A stretch of DNA of 64,000 nucleotides from an uncultured Candidatus Rokubacteria bacterium (GTDB lineage Bacteria > Methylomirabilota > Methylomirabilia > Rokubacteriales > DASRDR01). The position numbers and the translations under genes are program-made. The notes under the pieces are model-generated. The model did not search any database and was not told the DNA's origin. It saw only the letters and a program-made list of their open reading frames with translations. Below, piece by piece: positions 22,477 through 31,491 of this stretch; within the stretch, counting starts at the first letter, position 1, and each line of letters opens with the position of its first letter. The stretch spans positions 448,001-512,000 of the forward strand of contig CAVPSB010000018.1 of the NCBI GenBank assembly GCA_963708025.1. The letters run 5' to 3'.

Positions 22477-23158
22477 GCGGGACCAGCGAGACGTCCGCGT
22501 TGCGCGCCGAGGCCGAACACGACGCTCTGCTGGTAGGCCGGGGATCAGCCGGCGTTCAGAGCGCGAGGCCTAGGACGCGCACGTCCGTGTGCGCGCGAAT
22601 CCACGGTGGCCGCCATGACCAGCCGACCGAGCGAACGCTGACGACTCGAGGGGAACGGAAGAGCCTTCCGCCTAACTGGACCTGCCTGAGGGACCGAGCC
22701 CGACCGATGCCGCGTCGATCCTGCGGCCGCGACCGCCTGCCGGCATCTGGGCCGTGATGGTCCCGGAGTCCTGGCGTTGATTGGACTCCCGTTCCCGCTC
22801 GACGATCTTCTCGGCGCGCCGTTCGGCCCGAGAGCTGTGGGCTGCCCCTCACCCGAGCCGCGAGCTAACTGGACCGGTCAACGCGACCAGAGCCCGACGC
22901 TTTGAATCGGCCGGCGACGAGGGAACCGATGAGTTTCTAGGCCGCGGAGAGGCTGCGTTCTCTCCGCTCCGGTGACCCGACGGCTATCCGTGTCGCCGGA
23001 TCGAGCGTCGATAAGTGTTTGGTGCAGACCGCAGAGTCTGACGCCGCCTGTCGGAAATCAAGTCAGCGCACGTCTCGCGGACCCGGACGTCGTGCCGCTT
23101 CGTCACGCGGGAGCCCCTCCGCCCCCGCGACGGGAGCGGTGTCGTCCTCTTGACAACT
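22477..23158 (+). ncRNA. Candidate bridge/seek RNA region in the IS right end
   Basis: Non-coding ~680 nt; GATAAGTG (23010-23017) copies the donor end, is followed by a hairpin and GGAAATCA; duplicated GAGCC-N5/6-CTAACTGGACC modules. Confidence 0.6.
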
Positions 23159-23424
23159 GGAGGCCTGATAAGTGTTGGGCGATCGATGTCTCGGCCCCAG
23201 TTGCACAGACAGATCACTACGGATTTCCCGGCCTGCGAAAGGAGTAGTTCGCGGCCGCCGATACCTGCGACCCGGTGGTAGCTCTGCCTGGACCAGTAGC
23301 CCTTGTAGACAGCGGTCACAGGACGATCAGTTCTATGCGTCTGCTGCCGGAAGGCTTCTTGAAGAATCTCCCGCCGTGACAGGGGTCGGCCGGCGATCCG
23401 GGCCGATTTGGCTCATGAACGGGC

Positions 23425-23715
23425 TCATACGGACGGGCCCGCGCGTCCCACCGTCGATTCCGCGCGGTTTTGCGTGGCTGAGGACAACGGTCTCTGGGAC
23501 CGGCGCGGTCGGCCGAGGCCCTGCTCCCGCGCCTCCAGCCAGCGCAGCAGCCTAGCCTTCGGGAAGCGGACCGTGCGGCCGATCCTCAAGACGGGCATGC
23601 TGGCGTCCTCGCTGGCCCACCGGAAGACGGACTTGACGCTGACCTGCAGCATCTCGGCGAGCTGCTCGGCCGTCCAATACTCCTTCACCGGCGCCGCTGC
23701 GAGAAGGTCAGGCAT
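23425..23715 (-). CDS. Excisionase-like HTH (HTH_17/AlpA-like)
   Basis: YWTAEQLAEMLQVSVKSVFRWA...PVLRIGRTVRFPKARLLRWL. Confidence 0.85.
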   Translation of the reverse strand: MPDLLAAAPVKEYWTAEQLAEMLQVSVKSVFRWASEDASMPVLRIGRTVRFPKARLLRWLEAREQGLGRPRRSQRPLSSATQNRAESTVGRAGPSV

Positions 23716-24237
23716 CGACGAGCCCCCATGGCCGAGCGAACCCATCGGGCGGCCGAGGCGGCTCAACGCCATGACCGCGTGCTTCTACCGGGACCGACGC
23801 GAGGCGATGAAAAACTGGCGCCTGCTGCAGCGGTTGGGCTTGTTGGATGACTACCTCCGAGCCTCCCCACGCGACACTCAAGACTGCGAAGCTGTCCCTT
23901 GGTGTCGCCGGTGAGGCCGGTTGCTGGCTCGAGCTGTCTCTGGATCACGAGCCCGCTCCCTCCGTCGAGTCGTTGTCCGCCGAGGCCCTTTCGCTGCTCG
24001 ACGAGCTCACGTGGATGTCGCGCTCGGCGAGCCACGTGCGGATGGCGTCCTCGCCGCGGAGGGTGTCCGCACAGATGAGGACGTCGGTCGCGATGAATGC
24101 GTGACCCCGGCAGGAGCCGATGATCAGAATGCTCGAACCCTGACCAGGCCCCGGTGTCTGGCGGCTGGTGGTTGGAAGCTCCGACTTGTCTGGTGAAATG
24201 CGCCTGGCTGCCATGTCGTCGTCCGTCGGCCCGTCTC

Positions 24238-25515
24238 TCATGGGGTATCGTGGTCCCCGTCGACCCGGGGCTCGGTTCTCGGCGCAGACGTGCGGCCTGT
24301 GCTGGGACCCTCGGCCCCGCAAGGACCTCCCTCGACGCGCTTCGCTTTCCGGTGCCCGAACCATGGCGGCGTGGCACTCCATGCGGAGACCAGGCGGCGC
24401 TCGGTGTCGGGCCGGCGCTTCAGGAAGGCCGCGAGCGCACGACCGTCGGCAGTGAGGAGCGGCCAGGGATCGGCCCCGGTCTCGGTCGCCGCGCGGAAGA
24501 CGGCCGCGGCGTCGTACCGCCCCTTCGTGGGGAAGAAGCCGAGCTCCACCCCGTCGAGCGCCAGGGGGTCGCGGTCCTGGAGGTATTGCCTGAGACGCTC
24601 GCGGAGGCGAGCGACGCGGGCCTCACCAGTCAGGAGCAGCGCTGCGAGGCGGCGGGCCTCGGCCTCGTCGGGGATCGGCGCCTCATCCATGGCCTCGAGG
24701 GCGGCCAGGCCGGCCGGACACCGGTTCACCCAGGGGCAGGTCGCACACGCGGTCGAGGGCCGGGGCGGGAACGCGCCGGGATCGTCGGGGGTGGCGAGGG
24801 CCTGGGCGATACGAGCCGCGGTCGTCCGAGCCCAGGCCAGTGTCTCGGCGGTGTCCGCCGGAGTGAAGGCCGTGCGGGCGACCCGGCGGGTGCGAAGGTA
24901 GTGGTACTCGACCGTGACCGCCTCGAGCCGCGGCGCCCACGCCCACAGCAGCGCCGCGTAGCAGCCCGGTGCCCATGCCCACTGCAGAGTCTCGTCGTCC
25001 TCCGTGGCCCAGCCGCTCTTCCAGTCGCACACCGTGGCCCGCCGGCCATCCAGGGCGACGAGATCGAGCCGGCCGCGGAGAAAGGCGGCCGGGGCGTCCC
25101 ACCCGACCTGCCGGCCTCCAGCGTCGATCGCGAGCGCGTGCTCGACCGCCACGGTGTGTTCCACCGACACGACCCCGTGAGCGAGCCAGGTGCTCACGAG
25201 GGCCGAGGCCTCGCGGGCGACCGCGGTCCCTGCCTCGTCTGGCAGGGCATGCCGGGTCACTAGATCCCGTGCGAGCGCCGGTATCCGATCGAGCGGCGGC
25301 CAAGTGCCAGTGGCCTGGGCCTCGCGGACGTACGCCTCGACCAGCGCGTGGGCCACCGACCCGACTAGGCGGGGCCGCTGATCGGCGACCGGCTGCGGGA
25401 GTCGCAGCACGTACTCGAACCGGTACGCCGCGGGACACCGGTCCCAGGCGTCGAGGCGCGAGGGACTGACCCGCGGGAGCTTCTCGGTGGCCGTCTGGAG
25501 CGCGGTCACACTCAT
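24238..25515 (-). CDS. PD-(D/E)XK nuclease, RecB/AddB/Cas4-like with 4-Cys Fe-S motif
   Basis: SPSRLDAWDRCP, GSVAH, LRGRLDLV, DWKSG, CATCPWVNRCP; ATGA-coupled to UvrD. Confidence 0.85.
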   Translation of the reverse strand: MSVTALQTATEKLPRVSPSRLDAWDRCPAAYRFEYVLRLPQPVADQRPRLVGSVAHALVEAYVREAQATGTWPPLDRIPALARDLVTRHALPDEAGTAVAREASALVSTWLAHGVVSVEHTVAVEHALAIDAGGRQVGWDAPAAFLRGRLDLVALDGRRATVCDWKSGWATEDDETLQWAWAPGCYAALLWAWAPRLEAVTVEYHYLRTRRVARTAFTPADTAETLAWARTTAARIAQALATPDDPGAFPPRPSTACATCPWVNRCPAGLAALEAMDEAPIPDEAEARRLAALLLTGEARVARLRERLRQYLQDRDPLALDGVELGFFPTKGRYDAAAVFRAATETGADPWPLLTADGRALAAFLKRRPDTERRLVSAWSATPPWFGHRKAKRVEGGPCGAEGPSTGRTSAPRTEPRVDGDHDTP

Positions 25516-27401
25516 GACGGGGTAACCTCCACGGTAGTTATGGTGATAGGCCTCGTCGGAGCCGACCGGATGTCGAGGCCTGATTCCCGGAGGAAGCGGG
25601 AGGGCGGCCGAAACACGACATCGCCCCAGAGGCGGCGCATCCGGGCCACCGAGCACACGAGCCGCTGACGCGCCCGGGTCATGCCGACGTAGCAGAGGCG
25701 GCGCTCCTCGGCGAGCGCCTCGGGAATGGTGTGGCGGTAGTGCGGCAACAGTCCCTCCTCGATCCCGACGATGACCACCGTGTCGAACTCGAGACCCTTG
25801 GCCGCGTGCAGCGTGAGGCCGAGCACCTGCGTCGCGGCCGGGGCCCGGGCGTCCTTCTCGCTCAGCACGACCGTGTCGAGGAACTCGCCCAGGTTCTCGC
25901 CGCCGTCCGCCTCCCACCGCCGCGTGAGGGCGACCAGCGCGGCCATATCCTCGGCGCGACGAGCCTCCGGGCTTTCGTCCGGGCGATGGCCGTGGATCTC
26001 CCGCGCCAGCGTCTCGAGGAGCTGGCTGACCGGGGCCGGCCCGGTCCGCCAGATCGCGAGCTGCTGGAGGAGCGCGGCCAGCCGCGGACGGGTTCGCGCG
26101 GCCTCGGTCAGCGCCGCGGCGACCCCCACGCCGGCGGCGCGGGCGCGAAGCGTGGCCAGGGTCTTCGCCCCGATCCCGCAGCGGAGCCCGCGCAGGATCC
26201 GGTCCCAGGCCGGCCAGTCGGCGGGGTTGACGAGCACGCGACAGACGGCGAGGCAATCGCGTACGGCGGCGCGCTCGGCCAGGGGCCGGTCCGCGAGCAC
26301 CCGGACCGTGAGGCCGCGTGCCACGCAGGCCCGCGCGATCGGGCCCAGGCACGCCGTCACCCGTGCGAGGACGGCGATGGGTGGACCACTGGTCCGCAGC
26401 CAGTCGGTGCACGCGGCGGCCAGCCCCTCGGCTTCCGCCCGGTCGTCGGGCCACGTGAGAACCGTGGGGACTGGCCCGGCCGGCCGCACCGCGGCGAGCG
26501 GCTTCGGCCGGCGGGTGCTGTTGTGCGCGATCAGGCGCGCGGCGGTCGTCACGATCTGGGGTGTGGAGCGGTAGTTCCGGCCGACGGCGAGCACCGTGCC
26601 GCCCAGGTACGTGCGCTCGAAGGCGTGAAGGCGCGTGAGGTCAGCGCCACGCCATCCGTAGATGGCCTGGTCGTCGTCCCCGGCGAGCGTCACCGCGCCG
26701 TCCGGGGCCGCGAGCGCCTCGATGAGGGCGTGCTGGAGGGCGCACAGATCCTGCGCCTCGTCAACCAGCACGGCCTGGAACCGCGCGCGCAGCGCCGCGC
26801 GCACGGCCGGCTCGCGCGCGAACAGCCCCAGGGGCTCCGCCAGCAGATCCAGAAAGTCGAAGGCGTTCGCCTCGCGACACCGGGCCTCGTAGGCGACGCG
26901 AAGGGCCGCGATCGGGGACCGTGTCGGCCCCGGCCCCGGGGCCCCGGCGACACCGGGCGTCCTGGCGCGATCGAGGGCCTCGACGAGCGTCGGCAGGTCG
27001 CCGTCGAGGCCGAGGCCCTTCACGAGGCGGGCGACGAGCCGCCGGGTGTCCTCGCGGTCGAGGATCGTGAAGGCGGGCGTCCGGCCCACCGCGGCGGCGT
27101 GGCGGCGGAGGAGCCAGGCCCCGAACCCGTGGAACGTCCCCGTCCAGAGCGCCCGGGCGCGTGGGCCGAGCGCCTGGACGAGCCGACCGCGCAGCTCGTC
27201 CGCCGCCGCGCGCGAGAACGTGAGCGCGAGGATCGCCGTCAGATCGAGCCCGTCGTGGTCGATCAGCCACTGGATCCGGTGCGTGAGGATCCGGGTCTTG
27301 CCGCTGCCGGGCCCGCAGGCGAGCAGCAGGGGCCGGGCCGGATGCGTGACCGCGGCGCGCTGGGCCGGGTGCAGCGCCGCCAGCGTCTCGTCCAGGAACA
27401 T
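25512..27401 (-). CDS. UvrD/PcrA-like SF1A helicase
   Basis: GPGSGKT, LTFSRAAA, VDEAQD, GDDDQAIYGWRGA, NYRST, LTLHAAKGLEF, EERRLCYVGMTRA. Confidence 0.95.
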   Translation of the reverse strand: MFLDETLAALHPAQRAAVTHPARPLLLACGPGSGKTRILTHRIQWLIDHDGLDLTAILALTFSRAAADELRGRLVQALGPRARALWTGTFHGFGAWLLRRHAAAVGRTPAFTILDREDTRRLVARLVKGLGLDGDLPTLVEALDRARTPGVAGAPGPGPTRSPIAALRVAYEARCREANAFDFLDLLAEPLGLFAREPAVRAALRARFQAVLVDEAQDLCALQHALIEALAAPDGAVTLAGDDDQAIYGWRGADLTRLHAFERTYLGGTVLAVGRNYRSTPQIVTTAARLIAHNSTRRPKPLAAVRPAGPVPTVLTWPDDRAEAEGLAAACTDWLRTSGPPIAVLARVTACLGPIARACVARGLTVRVLADRPLAERAAVRDCLAVCRVLVNPADWPAWDRILRGLRCGIGAKTLATLRARAAGVGVAAALTEAARTRPRLAALLQQLAIWRTGPAPVSQLLETLAREIHGHRPDESPEARRAEDMAALVALTRRWEADGGENLGEFLDTVVLSEKDARAPAATQVLGLTLHAAKGLEFDTVVIVGIEEGLLPHYRHTIPEALAEERRLCYVGMTRARQRLVCSVARMRRLWGDVVFRPPSRFLRESGLDIRSAPTRPITITTVEVTPS

Positions 27402-27411
27402 GACCAGACGG

Positions 27412-28431
27412 TCAGGCGGCCGCGGGGGACTCGGGCGTCGCGCTCACGGGTGCCGGCCCACCCGCCTCGCCGTCGGCCTCGACGTCGAAGCGACGGAGGG
27501 CCCGGCCCGTCAGCCCGCTCCGCGGCAGCTCGGCGGTCGCGGCGACGACGACGGCCTGGAGCCCCGCCGCGAGCGTGGCGCGGAGGTCCGGCGCCTGGCT
27601 CACCGCGGCCGGCTCCAGTCCGTCCAGGCAGGCCTGCTCGAAGGCCGCGAGCTGGCGCTCCAGGGCGTCGTCCTCGACGAAGTTGAGCGCTCGGAATCGC
27701 CGGATGGTTCGCCGGAGCCGTGCGAGGGCCCCCTCGCCGCCGACGGCCTCGAGCGTCTCGGCCGGGTCGAGGAGATCAAGCAGCCCCGACTTCCGGACCA
27801 GCGCCGTCTTCTCGTGCCGCACGGTCGCCGGCATCGCCGTCACCCGAGCCCGATCCCGCATGAGCGCCAGGGCGAAGGCGTTCTCGGCCTCGTTCCAGGT
27901 GAGGCCACGGGCCGCCTCGAGCATGGCGTCGCGCACGGCGGGCGGCAGCGTGATCTTCGCGGGGCCGACCAGCTCGTCGAGCAGGCCCTGGAGCGTCTCG
28001 CGCGCGGGCAGCGGGTAGTCCAGCCAGGCGACGTCCTTCTCCCACTCGACGGGCAGCGTGGGCTCCGGCGAGCACAGGAGAAGCGGCCGCTGCGTGGCCT
28101 TCGCGGTGGGGAGGGCATCCCTCACGGTGCGGACCAGCTCCGGGAGCTGGGCGAGGTACGGATGGAGGTCGAAAAAGACGGCCACCGTCTTCTCGGGCAA
28201 GGTCGTGAGCCCCTGCACCGCCCGCACGGGGTCGCCCTGACCTTGATTCAGGACCTTGCCGTCCGCATCGGCCCAGCCCCGCGCCATGGTCCACGCGACG
28301 ACCCCCCAGCCGGCGGCGCGGAGGGTCCGGAGGTCGCCCAGCAGGCGCTCCTCCTCGTGGGTGGTGACGGCGAGGGCGGGATAGCCCGCTCGGAGGTAGT
28401 CGCGGAGCCGTTCGGCGAAGGGACTGAGCAT
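27412..28431 (-). pseudogene. Ycf46-like AAA ATPase N-terminus fused to a DUF3150-like C-terminus (ATPase core deleted)
   Basis: YLRAGYP...THEEER...DLHPYL...GLTWNEAENAF...EKTALVRKSGLL...VGG, then RFRALNF...RRF; no Walker A/B. Confidence 0.65.
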
Positions 28432-28711
28432 GAGGTCCTCCATGGGCGTGAGGATCCACGCGCGCCAATGCCGCGCACGCGGGAGTGGTGAAGCCGGCTC
28501 AGGCCTCGGTGGGGCGTCCGGTGGGGTCCGTCCCGCTCGACCGTCCAGCGCTTCTGCACCGCCGCCCTGCGCCGAGTGACGACGCCGGGTCCCTGCCCTG
28601 GACGACAAACGCCGGCCTCGGCGTGGGCCGTCTCGCGTCGCTGGCGTGGCGCCGTCGCCGCCCACCACGTCCTCGACGCTGATCTCCCGCTGCGGCACGC
28701 GGTCTCTCGGG

Positions 28712-28999
28712 TCAGAGATACTGGCCGGGACGATCATCGCGGCGCCGCGCCTGGGCGCTCGTGGCGGCCTCGGACGCCCCACGGACGTCCTGGCTGGATT
28801 CGGCCCGTCCGGCCTCGATGTCGAGGCGGGCGAGACCCACGCGGACGGCTTCCGCGACGTGGAGGGCCAGCACCCGATCGATCGTGACGAAGCTGTACGC
28901 CACGAGCGCCCCCGTGCGGCGATCGCGTGCCTCGACATGCGCGACCGAGAGGTCCGCCTCGGCCAGGAGTCCTGGCAGCGCCGTCAGGTGGGCGTGCAC
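28712..28999 (-). CDS. Hypothetical protein
   Basis: Fills the gap in a co-directional operon, GTG 2 nt after the upstream stop; no recognised motif. Confidence 0.35.
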   Translation of the reverse strand: MHAHLTALPGLLAEADLSVAHVEARDRRTGALVAYSFVTIDRVLALHVAEAVRVGLARLDIEAGRAESSQDVRGASEAATSAQARRRDDRPGQYL

Positions 29000-29001
29000 C
29001 T

Positions 29002-29334
29002 TCACGGCGGCGTGACCGTCGGACGGGTCCCGGGGCGTGGCGGAGGTGGGAGCGAGCGGCTCGGATCGCACGACGGCTCTCCTGTCTGGGGATGTCCCGA
29101 GGTGAAGTGCTGTTCCAGCCAGTCCCGCTCGGCCTCGAGCGCGGCGGTCCGCATCTCGACCGGCCCGAGCACCGGCCCCTCCATCGGACCGAGGTCGGCG
29201 GTCCACTGGCCGTCCGGCGTGGGCTCCACGTGCGATGCGCGACGGATGGTAGCCCGCCCGAGCACGAGCAGGCCGCGGAGCGCGTCCTCGTAGATGAAGC
29301 CCACCGCGCCGTCAGGCCGAATCCAGACGAACAT
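29002..29334 (-). CDS. Conserved small protein of the Ycf46/DUF1257/DUF2997 module
   Basis: PDG...IY...IRRASHVEP...GQWTADL...GPVLGP...AALEAE..WL signature. Confidence 0.75.
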   Translation of the reverse strand: MFVWIRPDGAVGFIYEDALRGLLVLGRATIRRASHVEPTPDGQWTADLGPMEGPVLGPVEMRTAALEAERDWLEQHFTSGHPQTGEPSCDPSRSLPPPPRPGTRPTVTPP

Positions 29335-29514
29335 GGCGTGTGCTCTGGGCGGCCCCCCGGAAGTAGTCCGCGGTGCGCGTGTCCTCCCGGGTCACGCCCA
29401 GGGCGCTCTCCAGGGGCCGCGTGAGGGCCTGGCACCAGGGCCGGCCACCCTCTCCACGCTGACGGTGACCTCGCCCGTCGGACCGATCGTCACGAGGATC
29501 GTCGGGTCACGCAT
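29312..29514 (-). pseudogene. DUF2997-like protein (1-nt frameshift near 29440)
   Basis: ILVTIGPTGEVTVSV..G / CQALTRPLESALG...TADYF. Confidence 0.65.
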
Positions 29515-29520
29515 GGCGGG

Positions 29521-29855
29521 CTACCGGCCGAGCGCCAGGCGAACGGTGCCGTCGGCCTGCACGGTCCGGGTCACGCGGAATCCCTGGGCCCGCGCGAACC
29601 GGCCCGTCGCGGCCTCCGCGTAGGCCTGCCGGAATCGGTGGAGGTGGGCCAGGTCGCCCCACTGACGAGCCGGCCCTCGCCGTCGATGACGACCGGATAC
29701 TGCCAGCCCGGCAGGCGCAGCGCGGTGCCGGTCACCCGGGTCCCGTCGTAGAAGCGGACCGTCTCCCGCGCGAGCGCAAGGCCAAGGGCCGCCGCCGCAT
29801 CGGCCAGCGCCCCGGGATCCCGGAACTCGAGCGTGATCGTCGCCACGTGACTCAT
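29521..29855 (-). pseudogene. DUF1257-like protein (frameshifting deletion near 29662)
   Basis: MSHVATITLEFRD...LRLPGWQYPVV, then shifted WGDLAHLHRFRQAYA...DGTVRL. Confidence 0.7.
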
Positions 29856-29917
29856 GCGGGGTGTCTCCTCTCGCGCTGGCCGGCGCGTCGTGGGGCTCGG
29901 CTCGGCCAGCTCGCGGA

Positions 29918-30898
29918 TCAGGCTGCCGCGGCGCCCGTCAGGCGCGCGCACTGGTCCCGGAAGCCGGCGGCCACCCCGGGGTCCTGATACCGGCGGACGA
30001 ACCGTTCCCGCTCCTCGCGGAACTGCGCCTCGGTCAGGCCGAGCTCCGGCCCGTCGCCGTCGGACCCCTGGTACCGGGCCGTGATGTAGGCGCGATAGGC
30101 CGGGGCTCCGACGCCCAGGCACGCCGCGTGGACGACGAGAGCGTCCCGGGTCAGTTCAGGACTCGCGAGGTGGGTCGCCAGCTGCTCGCGGAAGGCGGCG
30201 ACCGCCTCCACGTCGGAGGCGGCCTGCGCCCGCCGGAGCGCGATCTCGCCGGGCCGCAACCCGAGCGCCTGGCCGAGCTGCCCGAACTCGGCCTCCGCGG
30301 CAGGGTCCGGCGCCCCGTCGCTTGGGGGGACGGCGGATGCCGGCGGGGCCCCGGGCCTGCCGTTGGCGGACTGGGACGCCATCGCGGCGGATCCTCCCGA
30401 CTCCGGTCGGTCGGCCACCCGCAGGACCTCGTCGGCCGACGCGATCCCGGTTCCATAGCAGCCGAAGCCCCACATCCCCAGGGCACGGGCCACAGCGCTC
30501 GTCTCGCCGTTCTCGAGGGGGTTCGACTCGTTGACCCCCTCCCCGCCGAGGAACACGCGGGCGTGCGCCACGACGGTGCCGTAGATCTCGCTCGTCAGCG
30601 TGGCCCGGGCGAGGAGCTGCCCGCTCGTCGGCTCCACGATGAACTCGCTGTGGACGCCGAAGCGCTGGCCGGCCTCGCGGTGCTGGTCGCGGGCCATCTT
30701 GACCCGGCCGTCCGCGGACAGGTACGGCTGCCGGACGGTGGCCCAGACGGGCGCCGCCCTCGTGCCGCCCACCTTCTTGCGCTGCTCGATGAGCATGATG
30801 AAGCTCTGGTATTCGGCCGGGGTCTGCTCGACGGCGAGCCGGCAGAGCCGCTCGGCCTTCTCCTGCGCCTCACGGATCAGGGTCTGGGGGTCAGCCAT
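29918..30898 (-). CDS. Rad52/Sak-like single-strand annealing protein (putative)
   Basis: PYLSADGRV...VNESNPLENGETSAVARALG..GFG..GIASADEV, resembling the phage annealase ETSA.GRAL motif. Confidence 0.65.
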   Translation of the reverse strand: MADPQTLIREAQEKAERLCRLAVEQTPAEYQSFIMLIEQRKKVGGTRAAPVWATVRQPYLSADGRVKMARDQHREAGQRFGVHSEFIVEPTSGQLLARATLTSEIYGTVVAHARVFLGGEGVNESNPLENGETSAVARALGMWGFGCYGTGIASADEVLRVADRPESGGSAAMASQSANGRPGAPPASAVPPSDGAPDPAAEAEFGQLGQALGLRPGEIALRRAQAASDVEAVAAFREQLATHLASPELTRDALVVHAACLGVGAPAYRAYITARYQGSDGDGPELGLTEAQFREERERFVRRYQDPGVAAGFRDQCARLTGAAAA

Positions 30899-30992
30899 GC
30901 CGGGCGCTCCTCTCTGGGCCGGGTCTCGGGAGAAGTCTTGGGTCCGTGCCGCGCCATCGGCACGCCGGACGTGGTCGCATCGCGTCGGTCGA

Positions 30993-31445
30993 TCAGCTCA
31001 CGTCGACCGGGTCGGGCATCCAGGCGATCGGCGGGAGCGGCGGGATCGTTGGGTACGTCCGGGCCAGCCATCGACGGACCCCGCGGAGCGTGCGACAGCG
31101 GGCCAGGGCTCCGCGGATCGCCGAGCGTGGGATGACCGGCTCGCGGTGTCCGTCATCGCAGACAAACTCCACGCGGCCCCAGCCCGGGCGACAGTGGATC
31201 AGCAGGTCAGGCCAGCATCCGGAGCGGGCGGCGGACTCCAGGTCGAACGGGATGCTGCGGCTCTCGAGCCAGGCCTCCAGCTCCGCGAATCCGCCCCAGG
31301 ACGCCTCGTCATCCTCCACCACGACCTGATCGTCCTCGAGACACTCGTCCAGGCGGCAGCCGGCCAGTGTCTCCAGGGCGCCGGCCAGCGCCTGGCGCGA
31401 GACCGCGCCCCCGATCGTCAACCGGGCCCAGCTGCGCTCTCCCAT
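30993..31445 (-). CDS. Hypothetical ICE/plasmid-associated protein
   Basis: MGERSWARLTIGG...DDEASWGGFAELEAWL; AAGGGA RBS; operonic. Confidence 0.6.
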   Translation of the reverse strand: MGERSWARLTIGGAVSRQALAGALETLAGCRLDECLEDDQVVVEDDEASWGGFAELEAWLESRSIPFDLESAARSGCWPDLLIHCRPGWGRVEFVCDDGHREPVIPRSAIRGALARCRTLRGVRRWLARTYPTIPPLPPIAWMPDPVDVS

Positions 31446-31491
31446 GGGTGTCGTCCCTTTCGTCGCGCGACCGTGAAACGAAGGCCGGCCC

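Larger units (their letters stand above)
21332..23174 (+). mobile_element. IS110 family, IS1111-type insertion sequence
   Basis: Subterminal IRs TCAGGCCTCC (21342-21351) / GGAGGCCTGA (23159-23168); TG core at both junctions; outward TTGACA at 23150; long 3' non-coding end. Confidence 0.85.
21270..23180 (-). other. Integron attC site (~70 bp when rejoined) split by the IS110 element
   Basis: Removing 21333-23173 gives minus-strand GCCCAAC-ATCAC-GCTTCAGC...GTTAGAC, i.e. R'' RYYYAAC, L'', central palindrome and R' GTTRRRY; L' is degenerate. Confidence 0.75.

Noticed and set aside
22477-22757. C-terminal extension of the IS110 transposase
   Set aside because: Family similarity ends near FDPKTFF; the extension is low-complexity and probably reflects an indel at the stop.
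24238-25515. cas4 as part of a CRISPR-Cas locus
   Set aside because: No cas1/cas2 or array; coupling to UvrD fits a stand-alone RecB-like nuclease.
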